From an uncultured Methanosarcinales archaeon (GTDB lineage Archaea; Nanobdellota; Nanobdellia; Woesearchaeales; JACPBV01), in NCBI GenBank assembly GCA_964577685.1, contig CAZNZT010000008.1, forward strand, positions 761 through 64,760: a stretch of DNA of 64,000 nt, read 5' to 3'. A model generated the notes under the pieces. That model saw nothing but the letters and a program-made list of their open reading frames with translations. It had not been told where the DNA came from and did not search any database. Both the position numbers and the translations under genes were made by a program. Shown piece after piece: positions 10,801-19,799 of the stretch. Each line of letters starts with the position of its first letter. Position 1 is the first letter of the stretch.

Positions 10801-11362
10801 CAATTTCAGCCTCCTTTAGCCTTTCTTCTACCTTCTCCAACTGACTTAATGCTTTTTTCTTCTTCTCCTCATAAACAGAAATGCCAGATATCTCCTCAAT
10901 CAACATCCTTCTTTCAATAGGAGGCATTTCCACAAAATAAGTGATATCGCCTTGCAAGATAATATTATAACCATCTGGATTAATTTTCGCAAAACCCAAC
11001 AAATCAATAATCTCCTGCCTTGTCCTAACCTTATCATTTATTTTATATATTGATTGCCCGTTTTGCTTTACTATTCTTGTAATCTTTATTTCTGTATCAT
11101 CAGTAGGAAATTTCTTATTGGAGTTGTCAAAGTAAATTGAAACTTCTCCTTGCTTAGCTGGCTTTTTAAACTTTCCCCCATTATATATGAGATTCGAAGA
11201 CTTCTCAGCCCTCAATGATTTCGCAGAAGACTTACCTAAGACAAAACAAATAGCATCTAAAACATTAGATTTGCCTGAACCATTAGGGCCAAGAACACAA
11301 TTAAAATCTGGTCCAAACGCTATCTCTGTATACTTTGCAAAACTCTTAAATCCCCGCATCAC
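7898..11362 (-). CDS. smc: Chromosome segregation ATPase SMC
   Basis: Walker A 'GPNGSGKSN'. Very long K/E-rich coiled coils. C-terminal signature 'LSGGEKTLTALAFIFAI' and Walker B 'YVFDEVDAALD'. Confidence 0.9.
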   Translation of the reverse strand: MMRGFKSFAKYTEIAFGPDFNCVLGPNGSGKSNVLDAICFVLGKSSAKSLRAEKSSNLIYNGGKFKKPAKQGEVSIYFDNSNKKFPTDDTEIKITRIVKQNGQSIYKINDKVRTRQEIIDLLGFAKINPDGYNIILQGDITYFVEMPPIERRMLIEEISGISVYEEKKKKALSQLEKVEERLKEAEIVLAERNTYLKELKKDRDQAKKFKEMSDKINQSKASLLKIQIEKKEKEKSKLYEELERNKENLNKINQEINELREKNVKKKSEIERISKEIEEKGEIEQVALNREIEGLKIGLTKKQSRLETLDNEIRKINQRKIDLDNSLKESDKKIDALTKEKEKLENKKEQLEKEMEELSLKISAFRDKNKLMDLANIEKEIEETDKVAEEIQKEIHSLREKQHNLIRQKDLVEHRISTIDEQIKKIEEVEKEHREEINSLKKKKEEFKSITLELNKCLNEDSYLAVEIDNLKKKLNQFKDELAKLEAKHTTIKEMIKSDLAVKKILEQKKPGVYGTIAELGKVNSKYSLALEIAAGQRLKSIVVENEKIAIDLIKYLKQNKLGVATFLPLNKVKAETSSEVKKLSDARGCYGLAIDLIDFDKKFRSVFEYVFANTLVVDNVDVIKRLGVGKAKMVTLDGDIAEFSGVIHGGFRKKRPGFGFSEKKLSRDIDELCVKIKDFEKKLSLLEKRREENEEKITRLRNSKSNLEGEIIKLERSLHLEPTDLDVSKKKKEELLNEASNLDKEIKLLTEKISNKNKELTSNRIKKQELKNKIAELRDPTLLAELATFEERRNKLNSEITRIIGELRSIDVQINDIIVPEKEKIKKIKKQISKEEEEFRKEIAFIKKDIEKKQDELKKKEIIMRDFHSKFKALFERRNKISDEITNNENLILKKIDESRKIEIKVNTLTLKHAEKSSELAGLQQEFKQYEGVQLFTDKTEEQLRYEISKFEKMKNEIGAVNMRALEIYEEVEKEYNSLLEKKDKLKKEKDDILRMMEEIEGKKRDLFMETFEVINNNFKKIFSQLATKGEANLDLENKQNPFEGGLDIKVRISGHKFLDIRSLSGGEKTLTALAFIFAIQEHEPASFYVFDEVDAALDKRNSEKFAKLIRKYSERAQYIIISHNDGVISEASCLYGVSMDENGVSKVVSLKV

Positions 11363-11425
11363 AATCTTATTAATCTTGGTTATGATACATCACCTTACTA
11401 CATTTTATTGTTCTTAAATTATTTG

Positions 11426-13984
11426 TTAATAAAGCTTTTCATTTACATGAGAGTAATCCTCTACAACAAAATCTATCACTATTTTCGTTATTAAAATAGC
11501 AAGAAAATAACCTACAAGTGCTCCTATAACAAGAACTATCCATGGGTAAAATCCAAGAGAAACTACATGAAAAAACCTGTTGATAGGAGAATAAATAATT
11601 ACTAATTGCAGTAAAAACGAACAGATTAAGCTAAAAAGAAGCCATTTATTAGAAAGCCAATTTAATTTTTCTTGATGCCTTATACTTGCTACCCTTATAA
11701 ATTCATAAAAGACAAAACCCATAAAAAGAGTTGTTCTTGCCTTTTCAAATCCTAAGGGTAAAATCAAAAGGAATGTGGCGATAAGCATAAATGTCATTTC
11801 AAAACCAATAAGCACTATAATCCAGCTTAAACGCTTATCTACTATAGGCTCATCTTTTTTTCTTGGGGGGTCCTTCATAATATCTGCCCTAGCAGGATCA
11901 ATGCCTAATGCCAAAGCAGGCAGACCATCTGTCAGTAAATTAATCCACAAAAGATGTATTGGCAAGAGAATTGGTTCTTTAAGTGTTAAAAGCAAAGTAG
12001 CTAAAAACAATACCATGACCTCAGCAAGATTACATGTAAGCAGATAATTAATAAATTTCCTTATATTATCAAAAATCCGTCTACCTTCTTTTATTGCTCC
12101 TATGATTGTCACAAAGTTATCATCAAGCAAGATAATATCACTTGCCTCCTTAGCTACATCTGTTCCCCTGATTCCCATAGATATTCCCACATCAGCTTTT
12201 TTTAGTGCTAAAGCATCATTAACACCATCACCAGTCATTGCTACCCTATTCTCCTTTTTTAATATTTCAAGAATCCTCAATTTATGAAAAGGTGAAACCC
12301 TTGCAAAAATATTTACTCCTCGCTTTAGTTTTTCTTCAAGCTTACTATCACTAAGCTTATCTATATCACTACCTTGCATAATCCCCCTACTTTCTAGGCC
12401 TATTTCCTTAGCTATAGCCCTCGCTGTCAGAGGATTATCACCAGTGAGCATAATTACCCTTATACCTGCATTCCTACACTCTTGCAAAGCATTCTTAACT
12501 TCTTTCCTGGGGGGATCTATCATTGCTTGTAAACCAAGCCAGATTAGATTTGCCTCTACCTCCTTATTTAATTTTTTTACCTCTTTATAAGCAAATCCTA
12601 AAACACGCAATGCACTAGAAGCAAATTTCTTATTTTGTTTCAAAATCTTTTCTTTGTCCTTATTTGTTATTTTTCTAATCTTTCCTTTTTCATAAATCCT
12701 ATCGCATTTTTCTATTAGTACCTCAGGTGCGCCTTTTGAATAAACAAAATATTTATTATTATGACTATAAACAACACTCATCATTTTTCTCTTTGATGAA
12801 AAACTAATCTCACTTACCCTTCTATAAATCTTCTCTAAGCTTTCTTTCTCAAGTCCAAATTTTTCTGAAACCTTTCTTAAGGCTATCTCTGTTTGGTCAC
12901 CAATATATTTCTTATTCCCGTCCTTATCATAACCAACACTAGAATTATTACACAACAAACCACAAGTAAATAGTTGTTTTATCTTTTCGACCTTATTAAG
13001 TTTTGAAATATAAATAACTCTATTATCAAAAAACAACCTAGTCACTGTCATCTCGTTCTTAGTTAATGTTCCTGTCTTATCAGTACAGATGATATCAACA
13101 GCACCCATTGATTCTGAAACAGACAATCTCCTTATAAGTGCATTTTTCTTTGACATAACCCTTGCACCAACACTGAGCGTAAGAACTACAACAGCGGGTA
13201 GGCCCTCAGGAATAGCAGCAACAGCCAAAGATATTGCTGTAAGAAAAGATAAATAGAGACTATATCTAAATAAACTAACAAAAAGGATTACCAATACTAT
13301 ACCTATAATACCAAAGGCTATCTTTTTGCTTAACCTTGATAATTCACGCTGAAATGGTGTTTTTTCTTCTCTTAAACTTTGAAGTTTTCTAGCAATAGCT
13401 CCTACTCTTGTCCTCATACCAGTTCTTAAAACGATTGCCTTTGCACTACCAGTATTAATGAATGTATTCATAAACACCTCGTCACCTTCTTCTTTTTTAA
13501 TGCTTATAGATTCTCCTGTTAATATAGACTCATCAACCCTTAAGTCAAAAGACTCAACTAATCTTGCATCTGCAGGAACCACATCGCCAGACTCAATTAA
13601 AATCAAATCCCCCGGAACAATCTCTGTCGCATCTAATTGCATTTCTTTTCCATCCCTAATAACCTTCGCCTTAGGAACAGACATTCTTTGTAAGGCCTCT
13701 ATTGTCTTTTCAGCCTTATAATCCTGAAAAAAACCAGAAAGCCCAGAAATAAATACAATTAACAAAATCAAAATTGTATCAAAAATACTAGCTTCCTGCC
13801 CAGGAAGAAAACCAATCAAAGAAGAAACTATGGCAGCAATAATCAAAATAACAATCAAAGGAGAAGTAAATTGAGATATGAGTATCTTCAGTGGATTGGG
13901 CTTATAAAATCGCTTTATTTCATTCTTACCATATTCTTCTAATCTTTTTTCAGCTTCCCTAGTACTAAGCCCAGACAACCTCAT
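11426..13984 (-). CDS. P-type cation-transporting ATPase (type II, Ca2+/cation pump-like)
   Basis: Phosphorylation site 'ICTDKTGTLT', 'PEGLP', 'MLTGDNPLTA', hinge 'MTGDGVNDALALKKADVGISMG', about 8-10 TM segments. Confidence 0.9.
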   Translation of the reverse strand: MRLSGLSTREAEKRLEEYGKNEIKRFYKPNPLKILISQFTSPLIVILIIAAIVSSLIGFLPGQEASIFDTILILLIVFISGLSGFFQDYKAEKTIEALQRMSVPKAKVIRDGKEMQLDATEIVPGDLILIESGDVVPADARLVESFDLRVDESILTGESISIKKEEGDEVFMNTFINTGSAKAIVLRTGMRTRVGAIARKLQSLREEKTPFQRELSRLSKKIAFGIIGIVLVILFVSLFRYSLYLSFLTAISLAVAAIPEGLPAVVVLTLSVGARVMSKKNALIRRLSVSESMGAVDIICTDKTGTLTKNEMTVTRLFFDNRVIYISKLNKVEKIKQLFTCGLLCNNSSVGYDKDGNKKYIGDQTEIALRKVSEKFGLEKESLEKIYRRVSEISFSSKRKMMSVVYSHNNKYFVYSKGAPEVLIEKCDRIYEKGKIRKITNKDKEKILKQNKKFASSALRVLGFAYKEVKKLNKEVEANLIWLGLQAMIDPPRKEVKNALQECRNAGIRVIMLTGDNPLTARAIAKEIGLESRGIMQGSDIDKLSDSKLEEKLKRGVNIFARVSPFHKLRILEILKKENRVAMTGDGVNDALALKKADVGISMGIRGTDVAKEASDIILLDDNFVTIIGAIKEGRRIFDNIRKFINYLLTCNLAEVMVLFLATLLLTLKEPILLPIHLLWINLLTDGLPALALGIDPARADIMKDPPRKKDEPIVDKRLSWIIVLIGFEMTFMLIATFLLILPLGFEKARTTLFMGFVFYEFIRVASIRHQEKLNWLSNKWLLFSLICSFLLQLVIIYSPINRFFHVVSLGFYPWIVLVIGALVGYFLAILITKIVIDFVVEDYSHVNEKLY

Positions 13985-14129
13985 TTTACACTTATTCCTA
14001 TAAGTGAAAACTAGGATTATTTAAACCTATCCTTCAAATAAAAACCTTATTACAATAAAAAAGACAAGTTTTATAAAGATTTATAAAAAAATCTATTTTT
14101 GTTATTTACCAGCAAAAAACTTTATAAAA

Positions 14130-14693
14130 ATGTTTATCTCAATACAAGAAATAATTGATATAATAATAATGACATTTGCAATAGGTTACATTTTCTCAGA
14201 TGTGTTTAAAAAGCAACCAACAGGAAGCTATGACCCACTAGAGTATTACAAAAACCCATTATTGGAAAATATAAAATCGGGGGCAATAATAGCAGCACCA
14301 GCAATAGTATTACACGAACTAGCTCATAAATTCTCGGCAATCGCTTTCGGTGCAATAGCAACATTGCATGCCCCATACTTTTGGTATATACTTATTATAC
14401 TACTTAAACTGATGAGATTCCCAATATTATTCTTTGTAGGCGGTTATGTAAGCCATACTCCATTACCACCGCTGGAATCAGCCATAGTGGCAATAGCAGG
14501 TCCACTTGTAAATCTTCTCCTTTGGATTTTTTCTTTGATGGTAATCAAACACAACCTAATAAATAAAAAATACTATCACATCATAATACCATTCAGCAGA
14601 CTGAATATGCTCCTGTTTATTTTCAATATGCTTCCATTCCCAGGATTTGATGGATACCACTTTATCTCTGGAGTGTTAAATTATATTATTTAA
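14130..14693 (+). CDS. Minimal M50-like (site-2 protease family) membrane zinc metalloprotease
   Basis: Intramembrane 'VLHELAHKF' (HExxH) plus 'FNMLPFPGFDGYH' (the NxxPxxxLDG motif of the M50 family). About 5 TM helices. Confidence 0.55.
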   Translation: MFISIQEIIDIIIMTFAIGYIFSDVFKKQPTGSYDPLEYYKNPLLENIKSGAIIAAPAIVLHELAHKFSAIAFGAIATLHAPYFWYILIILLKLMRFPILFFVGGYVSHTPLPPLESAIVAIAGPLVNLLLWIFSLMVIKHNLINKKYYHIIIPFSRLNMLLFIFNMLPFPGFDGYHFISGVLNYII

Positions 14694-14828
14694 CTACCAC
14701 AAAAAAAGCTTTCAAACCCTATTCTGATTTGATATCCTTGATTCTTACTAGTATTATATTATAAAATATATTATATAATAGATTATAATAGAAAGTATTA
14801 TAAACTACATTTTATAATATACAAAAAG

Positions 14829-14984
14829 ATGGGCAAAAAACCAATTTCAGCTACAATTGATGAAGAACTTATAAGATGGATAAACAAAAAAATAGAAGAC
14901 AAAACAAGATTTAGGAATAAATCACATCTCATAGAAATCGCAATAAGTATGCTCAAAGAAAAAGATGAAGTAAAAAACAAATAA
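14829..14984 (+). CDS. Ribbon-helix-helix (CopG/Arc-like) small DNA-binding protein, 51 aa
   Basis: ORF not in the supplied track because it is under 60 aa. Translation MGKKPISATIDEELIRWINKKIEDKTRFRNKSHLIEIAISMLKEKDEVKNK has the RHH pattern (beta strand 'ISATID', then two helices). It lies directly upstream of the FlaI-like ATPase. Confidence 0.5.
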   Translation: MGKKPISATIDEELIRWINKKIEDKTRFRNKSHLIEIAISMLKEKDEVKNK

Positions 14985-15014
14985 AACCATCACTAAAAAA
15001 GAGCGTGATAGATT

Positions 15015-17306
15015 ATGGCTTTATTTAATAAAAAACCATTTGATTATGAAGTAATAACCCAAGGAGAAGACAGAATTCTACAAATTAATTGCGAAAATTA
15101 TACAAGGGTTCCGTCTCTAGAAGATGACCCGCAAACAATGCAAAAAACATGTGATATAATAAACGAGGTTGGAAATATTACAAAGATTACTTATTCTCAA
15201 AAAAGAAACTATGAATATGACTATCCACAAGCGATTCTAATCCAAGAAATAGCAAATCTCTATAAAAGGTTAACAAAACAAAAAGAAATATTTAACTATA
15301 GTGCGTTCATTTACAATAAAGAGTGTACAAAATGTGTTGGAAAATGGTATGCCGATGTCCAAAATATAATATCTAACCTTCTAAGATCAGACCCTATTGG
15401 TGCTTATGTAGAACTAAAAAGAATCCTAAGAGAGGAGAATATAAGATTGCAAAAAGCAATTGATTCTAGATGTAAGTTATGCGAGAAAAATTATATGTCT
15501 ATTCTAACAACACTGATAAATCTTCTAGATAAAACAAAACTGATCACCATAGCCAAACCAAACATAGCAGGATATAAAATAGGTGATAGAAACATTTACA
15601 GACAAATATTCAGCCCAATAATAAAACCAGATTTTCTATTTACAAAATTGATGGCAAAATATCCTGATGAGGGGGAAGAATTAGACTCATACACAGTCGG
15701 TTCAACAGAGGTCACCATCTTCAAACTACCAGATACAATTCAATACCTCTACCACATAATCCCTCCAGAATTTAGATTAAATGAAGAAAAATATGAAATA
15801 CTAGACACAGCAAGAAAAATAATGGCTGAATATAAACCAAAAAAAAGCGAATTTGTAGATCCAGAGAGGATGAGGTCTGTTTTCTCTAATATCGGCCGTG
15901 ATTTAATAGAAGAGCTAGCTGAATTTAAAAAAATAAGGCTAAATGAAAAAGACATTAATGAATTAACAAATATATTAGTCCGTTATACAGTTGGTTTTGG
16001 TTTAATAGAAGTATTGCTTCAAGATGAAAAGATACAAGACATAACGATAAATTCCCCAATGGGCGAAATTCCAATATTTATAGTCCATGAAGAATTCGGA
16101 GACTGCAAAACAAACATAATCCCAACAATTCCAGAAGCAGATTCTTGGGCATCAAAACTCAGAATGCTTTCCGGAAGACCATTAGACGAAGCTAATCCTG
16201 TCTTAGACACAGAATTAATACTGCCTGGGGCTACAGCTAGGGTTGCTGCAATAACTTCTCCCTTAAACCCCACTGGATTAGCTTATGCCTTTCGCAGACA
16301 CAGAGCAAAGCCATGGACTTTGCCATTATTTATACATAATAGAATGATTAATCCATTAGCAGCAGGGATTCTTAGCTTTCTTATTGATGGTTCAAGAACA
16401 ATACTAATAGCAGGAACACGGTCAGCAGGAAAGACATCACTTCTTGGAGCCCTCCTTACAGAAATTATGCGAAAATATAGGATAATAACAATTGAAGACA
16501 CACTAGAACTCCCTGCTCCTGCATTAAGAAAACTAGGCTATAATATCCAACAAATGAAAGTAGCAGCATCAATGACCAGTGGAACAACAGAAGTTCCTGC
16601 AGATGAAGGAATAAGAACAACGTTAAGAATGGGAGACTCATGCCTAATCGTAGGAGAAGTTAGAAGTACCGAAGCAAGAGCACTGTACGAAGCAATGCGT
16701 GTTGGTGCATTAGCAAATGTAGTGGCAGGAACTATACATGGAGACTCTCCATACGGTGTATTTGACAGAGTAGTTAATGACTTAGAAGTACCAAGGACAT
16801 CATTCAAAGCTACAGACATAATAGTAGTAGCAAATCCTGTAAGGTCTGCTGATGGATTACACAGATGGAGAAGAGTAACACAAATAACAGAAGTAAGAAA
16901 ACATTGGGAAAACGACCCGCTACTCGAGAATGGATTCTCAGATATAATGAAATATAACAGCAAAAGTGACGAGCTACAACCCTCAGATGACTTAATAAAT
17001 GGAGAAAGTGAAATCATAAAATCAATAGCTGGCAATGTAAAAGAATGGGCTGGGAACTGGGATATGGTTTGGGACAATATACTGCTAAGAGCCAAAATAA
17101 AAGAAACATTAGTAAATCATGCAATCAAACACAATATGCTAGATATTCTAGAAGCCCCGTTTGTCATAGCATGCAACGATGAATTCCATAGAATAAGTGA
17201 CAAAATAAAGGAAGAAGCAGGTGTCTTGGACTCAAAGAGAATCTTTTTTGAATGGAATGAATGGCTAAGAAGAAGTCTAAAGAAAAAAAGATTTGAGATT
17301 AAATGA
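15015..17306 (+). CDS. Archaeal type IV pilus/archaellum-type secretion ATPase (FlaI/PilB/GspE/VirB11 superfamily) with a long N-terminal extension
   Basis: Walker A 'LIAGTRSAGKTSLLGAL'. Typical 'IITIEDTLEL' and 'LRMGDSCLIVGEVR' (Asp box and His box regions). Confidence 0.85.
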   Translation: MALFNKKPFDYEVITQGEDRILQINCENYTRVPSLEDDPQTMQKTCDIINEVGNITKITYSQKRNYEYDYPQAILIQEIANLYKRLTKQKEIFNYSAFIYNKECTKCVGKWYADVQNIISNLLRSDPIGAYVELKRILREENIRLQKAIDSRCKLCEKNYMSILTTLINLLDKTKLITIAKPNIAGYKIGDRNIYRQIFSPIIKPDFLFTKLMAKYPDEGEELDSYTVGSTEVTIFKLPDTIQYLYHIIPPEFRLNEEKYEILDTARKIMAEYKPKKSEFVDPERMRSVFSNIGRDLIEELAEFKKIRLNEKDINELTNILVRYTVGFGLIEVLLQDEKIQDITINSPMGEIPIFIVHEEFGDCKTNIIPTIPEADSWASKLRMLSGRPLDEANPVLDTELILPGATARVAAITSPLNPTGLAYAFRRHRAKPWTLPLFIHNRMINPLAAGILSFLIDGSRTILIAGTRSAGKTSLLGALLTEIMRKYRIITIEDTLELPAPALRKLGYNIQQMKVAASMTSGTTEVPADEGIRTTLRMGDSCLIVGEVRSTEARALYEAMRVGALANVVAGTIHGDSPYGVFDRVVNDLEVPRTSFKATDIIVVANPVRSADGLHRWRRVTQITEVRKHWENDPLLENGFSDIMKYNSKSDELQPSDDLINGESEIIKSIAGNVKEWAGNWDMVWDNILLRAKIKETLVNHAIKHNMLDILEAPFVIACNDEFHRISDKIKEEAGVLDSKRIFFEWNEWLRRSLKKKRFEIK

Positions 17307-19483
17307 CCAATGAAGAAATTGTGAGGGGATTAATAGAAAAATATAAGAAAAGGCTGCAAGAAGAATTAGGTACAAAAATAGAAAAAAAACAGGAGAAGAT
17401 TAGTTCTAGGGAATATCAAGAATTCAAAAAAGCATATATGCCTGCCAAATTAACACTATATGAAAAACTATGTAACTTCAGTGAAAAGCTAGTAAAAATA
17501 ACACCAGAAAAAAATAAAGCAAACAAACTAAAAGAAGCAATAAACATATGCCACCTAAATATAACACCAACTGGTGCAACCTCATTTGCAATTGTGATAC
17601 CATTTTTTATCATCTTATTTTCTTCACTTATTTCAATAATCTTTCTAGGTTCAATTTTTTTCCCATTTTTCTTTATTATCTTAGGAATATCAATAATAAA
17701 ACCACTAGGAAACATACCAATATTTCTTGCTAACAACTGGCGTTTAAAGGCATCAAACCAAATGGTTCTATGTATATTCTACGTGGTAACCTACATGAGA
17801 CACACATCCAATTTAGAATTAGCAATTCGTTTTGCTTCAGAGCACATAGCACCTCCATTAAGTCTAGACCTCAAAAAAGTCCTATGGGATGTTCAAACAC
17901 AAAGATATTCTACAATAAAAGACTCGTTAGAAGCATATCTGCAAACATGGAAAAACTGGAACAATGAATTCATAGAGTCATTTCATCTTATAGGGGCGTC
18001 ATTGTTGGAGGGAAATGAAGAAAAAAGATTAGCTACCCTAGATAAGTCATTAGATGTTATATTAAGTGAAACTTATGAAAAAATGCTACATTACGCTCAA
18101 AATCTGAAATCACCTATTACTATGTTACACATGTTAGGAATAATATTACCAATTCTAGGCCTGGTAATACTACCTTTAGTCGTAAGCTTTCTCTCAGAAG
18201 TAAGATGGTATTATATAGCCCTTTTGTATAACATAGCACTACCAATAACAGTTTATTATCTAGGAAAAACAATACTAACAAAAAGGCCATCTGGGTATGG
18301 AAACACGGATATTAGTGAGTACCCTCAATTCAGAAAATACAAAAACATTATAATAAGAATAGGAAAATCAGAGATAAGAATAAATCCATTGGTAATAAGT
18401 GGAATAGTATTTTCCTTACTCTTTATTATAGGTATATCACCAATAATACTTCATTTATTTATTGAAGACGAAACAAATATTGGGCTTGGAGAAATAGATG
18501 AGTCCTCTACCTGCCTAAGAGAATACTGCCTATTAGACTACAGAGAAATAAACGGGGAAACAAAAGGGCCCTTCGGTCTTGGTTCTTCCATACTTAGCTT
18601 ATTTGTCACGCTTGCCTTTGGAGTTGGTTTTGGCACTTATTTCAGACTTATCTCAAAAAACTTGCTACAAATAAGAAAAAAAACAGAAACCCTTGAACAA
18701 GAGTTTGCTTCTGGACTTTTTCAATTAGGAAATAGACTTAGTGATGGATTGCCTGCAGAAACCGTGTTTGAAAAAGTAGCAACAAGTATGAAAGGAACAA
18801 TTTCTGGAGATTTCTTTAGTCTAGTCAGTAGAAATATAAAAAAAATTGGTATGGGTGTTCCAGAAGCAATATTTCATCCAAAATATGGAGCCTTGGTATA
18901 TTTCCCCTCAAACCTAATAGAAAGCTCAATGAAGGTACTAATTGAATCAATAAAAAAAGGACCAAAGATAGCTGCAATTGCATTAATAAACATTTCAAGA
19001 TACGTAAGAGAGATGCACAAAGTAAATGAAAGATTACGAGACCTGATGGCAGATGTCATATCCTCAATGACATCCCAAATAAAATTTCTGACTCCTACTA
19101 TAGCAGGAATAGTAATAGGTATTACATCAATGGTAACAAGTATTTTAGGTAAACTCTCAATACAAATGAAGCAATTTAGTGCTCTGCAGACAGAGGGAAT
19201 AAGCAGCAGTAGTATGCTAGTAGGGCAGCTAGTCAGTGAAGGGGTCCCAACCTATTACTTTCAGATAGTAGTTGGTATTTATGTCATACAGATTACATAT
19301 ATACTAACTGTATTAGCAAACGGGATTCAAAATGGCACTGATAAACTCAACGAAAGATACATGCTAGGTAAAAACCTAACAAGATCTGCTCTACTATATT
19401 GCGTAATAGCTGCTATTATAATGCTAATATTCAATTTTATAGCAACAGCGATAGTCGGAGTCGGTACTATGGAGATAACTTAA
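17303..19483 (+). CDS. Polytopic membrane protein, FlaJ/TadC/GspF-like platform partner of the secretion ATPase
   Basis: Start overlaps the stop of the FlaI-like gene (ATGA). 726 aa with many TM helices and two cytoplasmic domains, the usual organisation of FlaJ/TadC. Confidence 0.7.
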   Translation: MTNEEIVRGLIEKYKKRLQEELGTKIEKKQEKISSREYQEFKKAYMPAKLTLYEKLCNFSEKLVKITPEKNKANKLKEAINICHLNITPTGATSFAIVIPFFIILFSSLISIIFLGSIFFPFFFIILGISIIKPLGNIPIFLANNWRLKASNQMVLCIFYVVTYMRHTSNLELAIRFASEHIAPPLSLDLKKVLWDVQTQRYSTIKDSLEAYLQTWKNWNNEFIESFHLIGASLLEGNEEKRLATLDKSLDVILSETYEKMLHYAQNLKSPITMLHMLGIILPILGLVILPLVVSFLSEVRWYYIALLYNIALPITVYYLGKTILTKRPSGYGNTDISEYPQFRKYKNIIIRIGKSEIRINPLVISGIVFSLLFIIGISPIILHLFIEDETNIGLGEIDESSTCLREYCLLDYREINGETKGPFGLGSSILSLFVTLAFGVGFGTYFRLISKNLLQIRKKTETLEQEFASGLFQLGNRLSDGLPAETVFEKVATSMKGTISGDFFSLVSRNIKKIGMGVPEAIFHPKYGALVYFPSNLIESSMKVLIESIKKGPKIAAIALINISRYVREMHKVNERLRDLMADVISSMTSQIKFLTPTIAGIVIGITSMVTSILGKLSIQMKQFSALQTEGISSSSMLVGQLVSEGVPTYYFQIVVGIYVIQITYILTVLANGIQNGTDKLNERYMLGKNLTRSALLYCVIAAIIMLIFNFIATAIVGVGTMEIT

Positions 19484-19509
19484 CAAGAACTATATTAAAA
19501 ATTTAAAAA

Positions 19510-19655
19510 TGGGGACGCCGGAATTTGAATCCGGGACACCTAGATCTCCATTCTTCATTGGCCCAAAGCCTCAACAGATCATAGGAACTTCAGTCTAGCG
19601 CTCTCCCAGGCTGAGCTACGTTTATGGTTTTGGAACAATCAATTCCAAAATCCCC
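19510..19655 (-). tRNA. tRNA-Phe (GAA) with two introns: a 30-nt intron in the acceptor stem (after nt 5) and a 42-nt canonical 37/38 intron
   Basis: Minus-strand exons: GGGGA|CG TA GCTC AGCCTGGGA GAGC G CTAGA CTGAAG|A TCTAG GTGTC CCGGA TTCAAAT TCCGG CGTCCCC A. Inserts lie at plus 19621-19650 and 19546-19587. Confidence 0.75.
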
Positions 19656-19799
19656 ACAATGCCCAGCCCTAGATCGGAGAATAAAGAAACAATATATAAA
19701 TATTTTTGTTTTTATTAGATAAAGAATCGCTAATTTAAAATCAAAAGATTTAAATAACAAAAAAGACTGAAAACTAGGAAAGAAAAAAGAGGGAGATAG

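Noticed and set aside
14798-14980. Minus-strand 60-aa ORF in the intergenic region upstream of the FlaI-like gene
   Set aside because: Hydrophobic low-complexity translation. The opposite strand carries a much more plausible 51-aa RHH protein (14829-14984) co-directional with the downstream operon.
16019-17095. Minus-strand ORFs (84, 72, 185 aa) inside the FlaI-like ATPase gene
   Set aside because: Antisense to a strongly supported CDS with Walker A and secretion-ATPase motifs. No independent motif.
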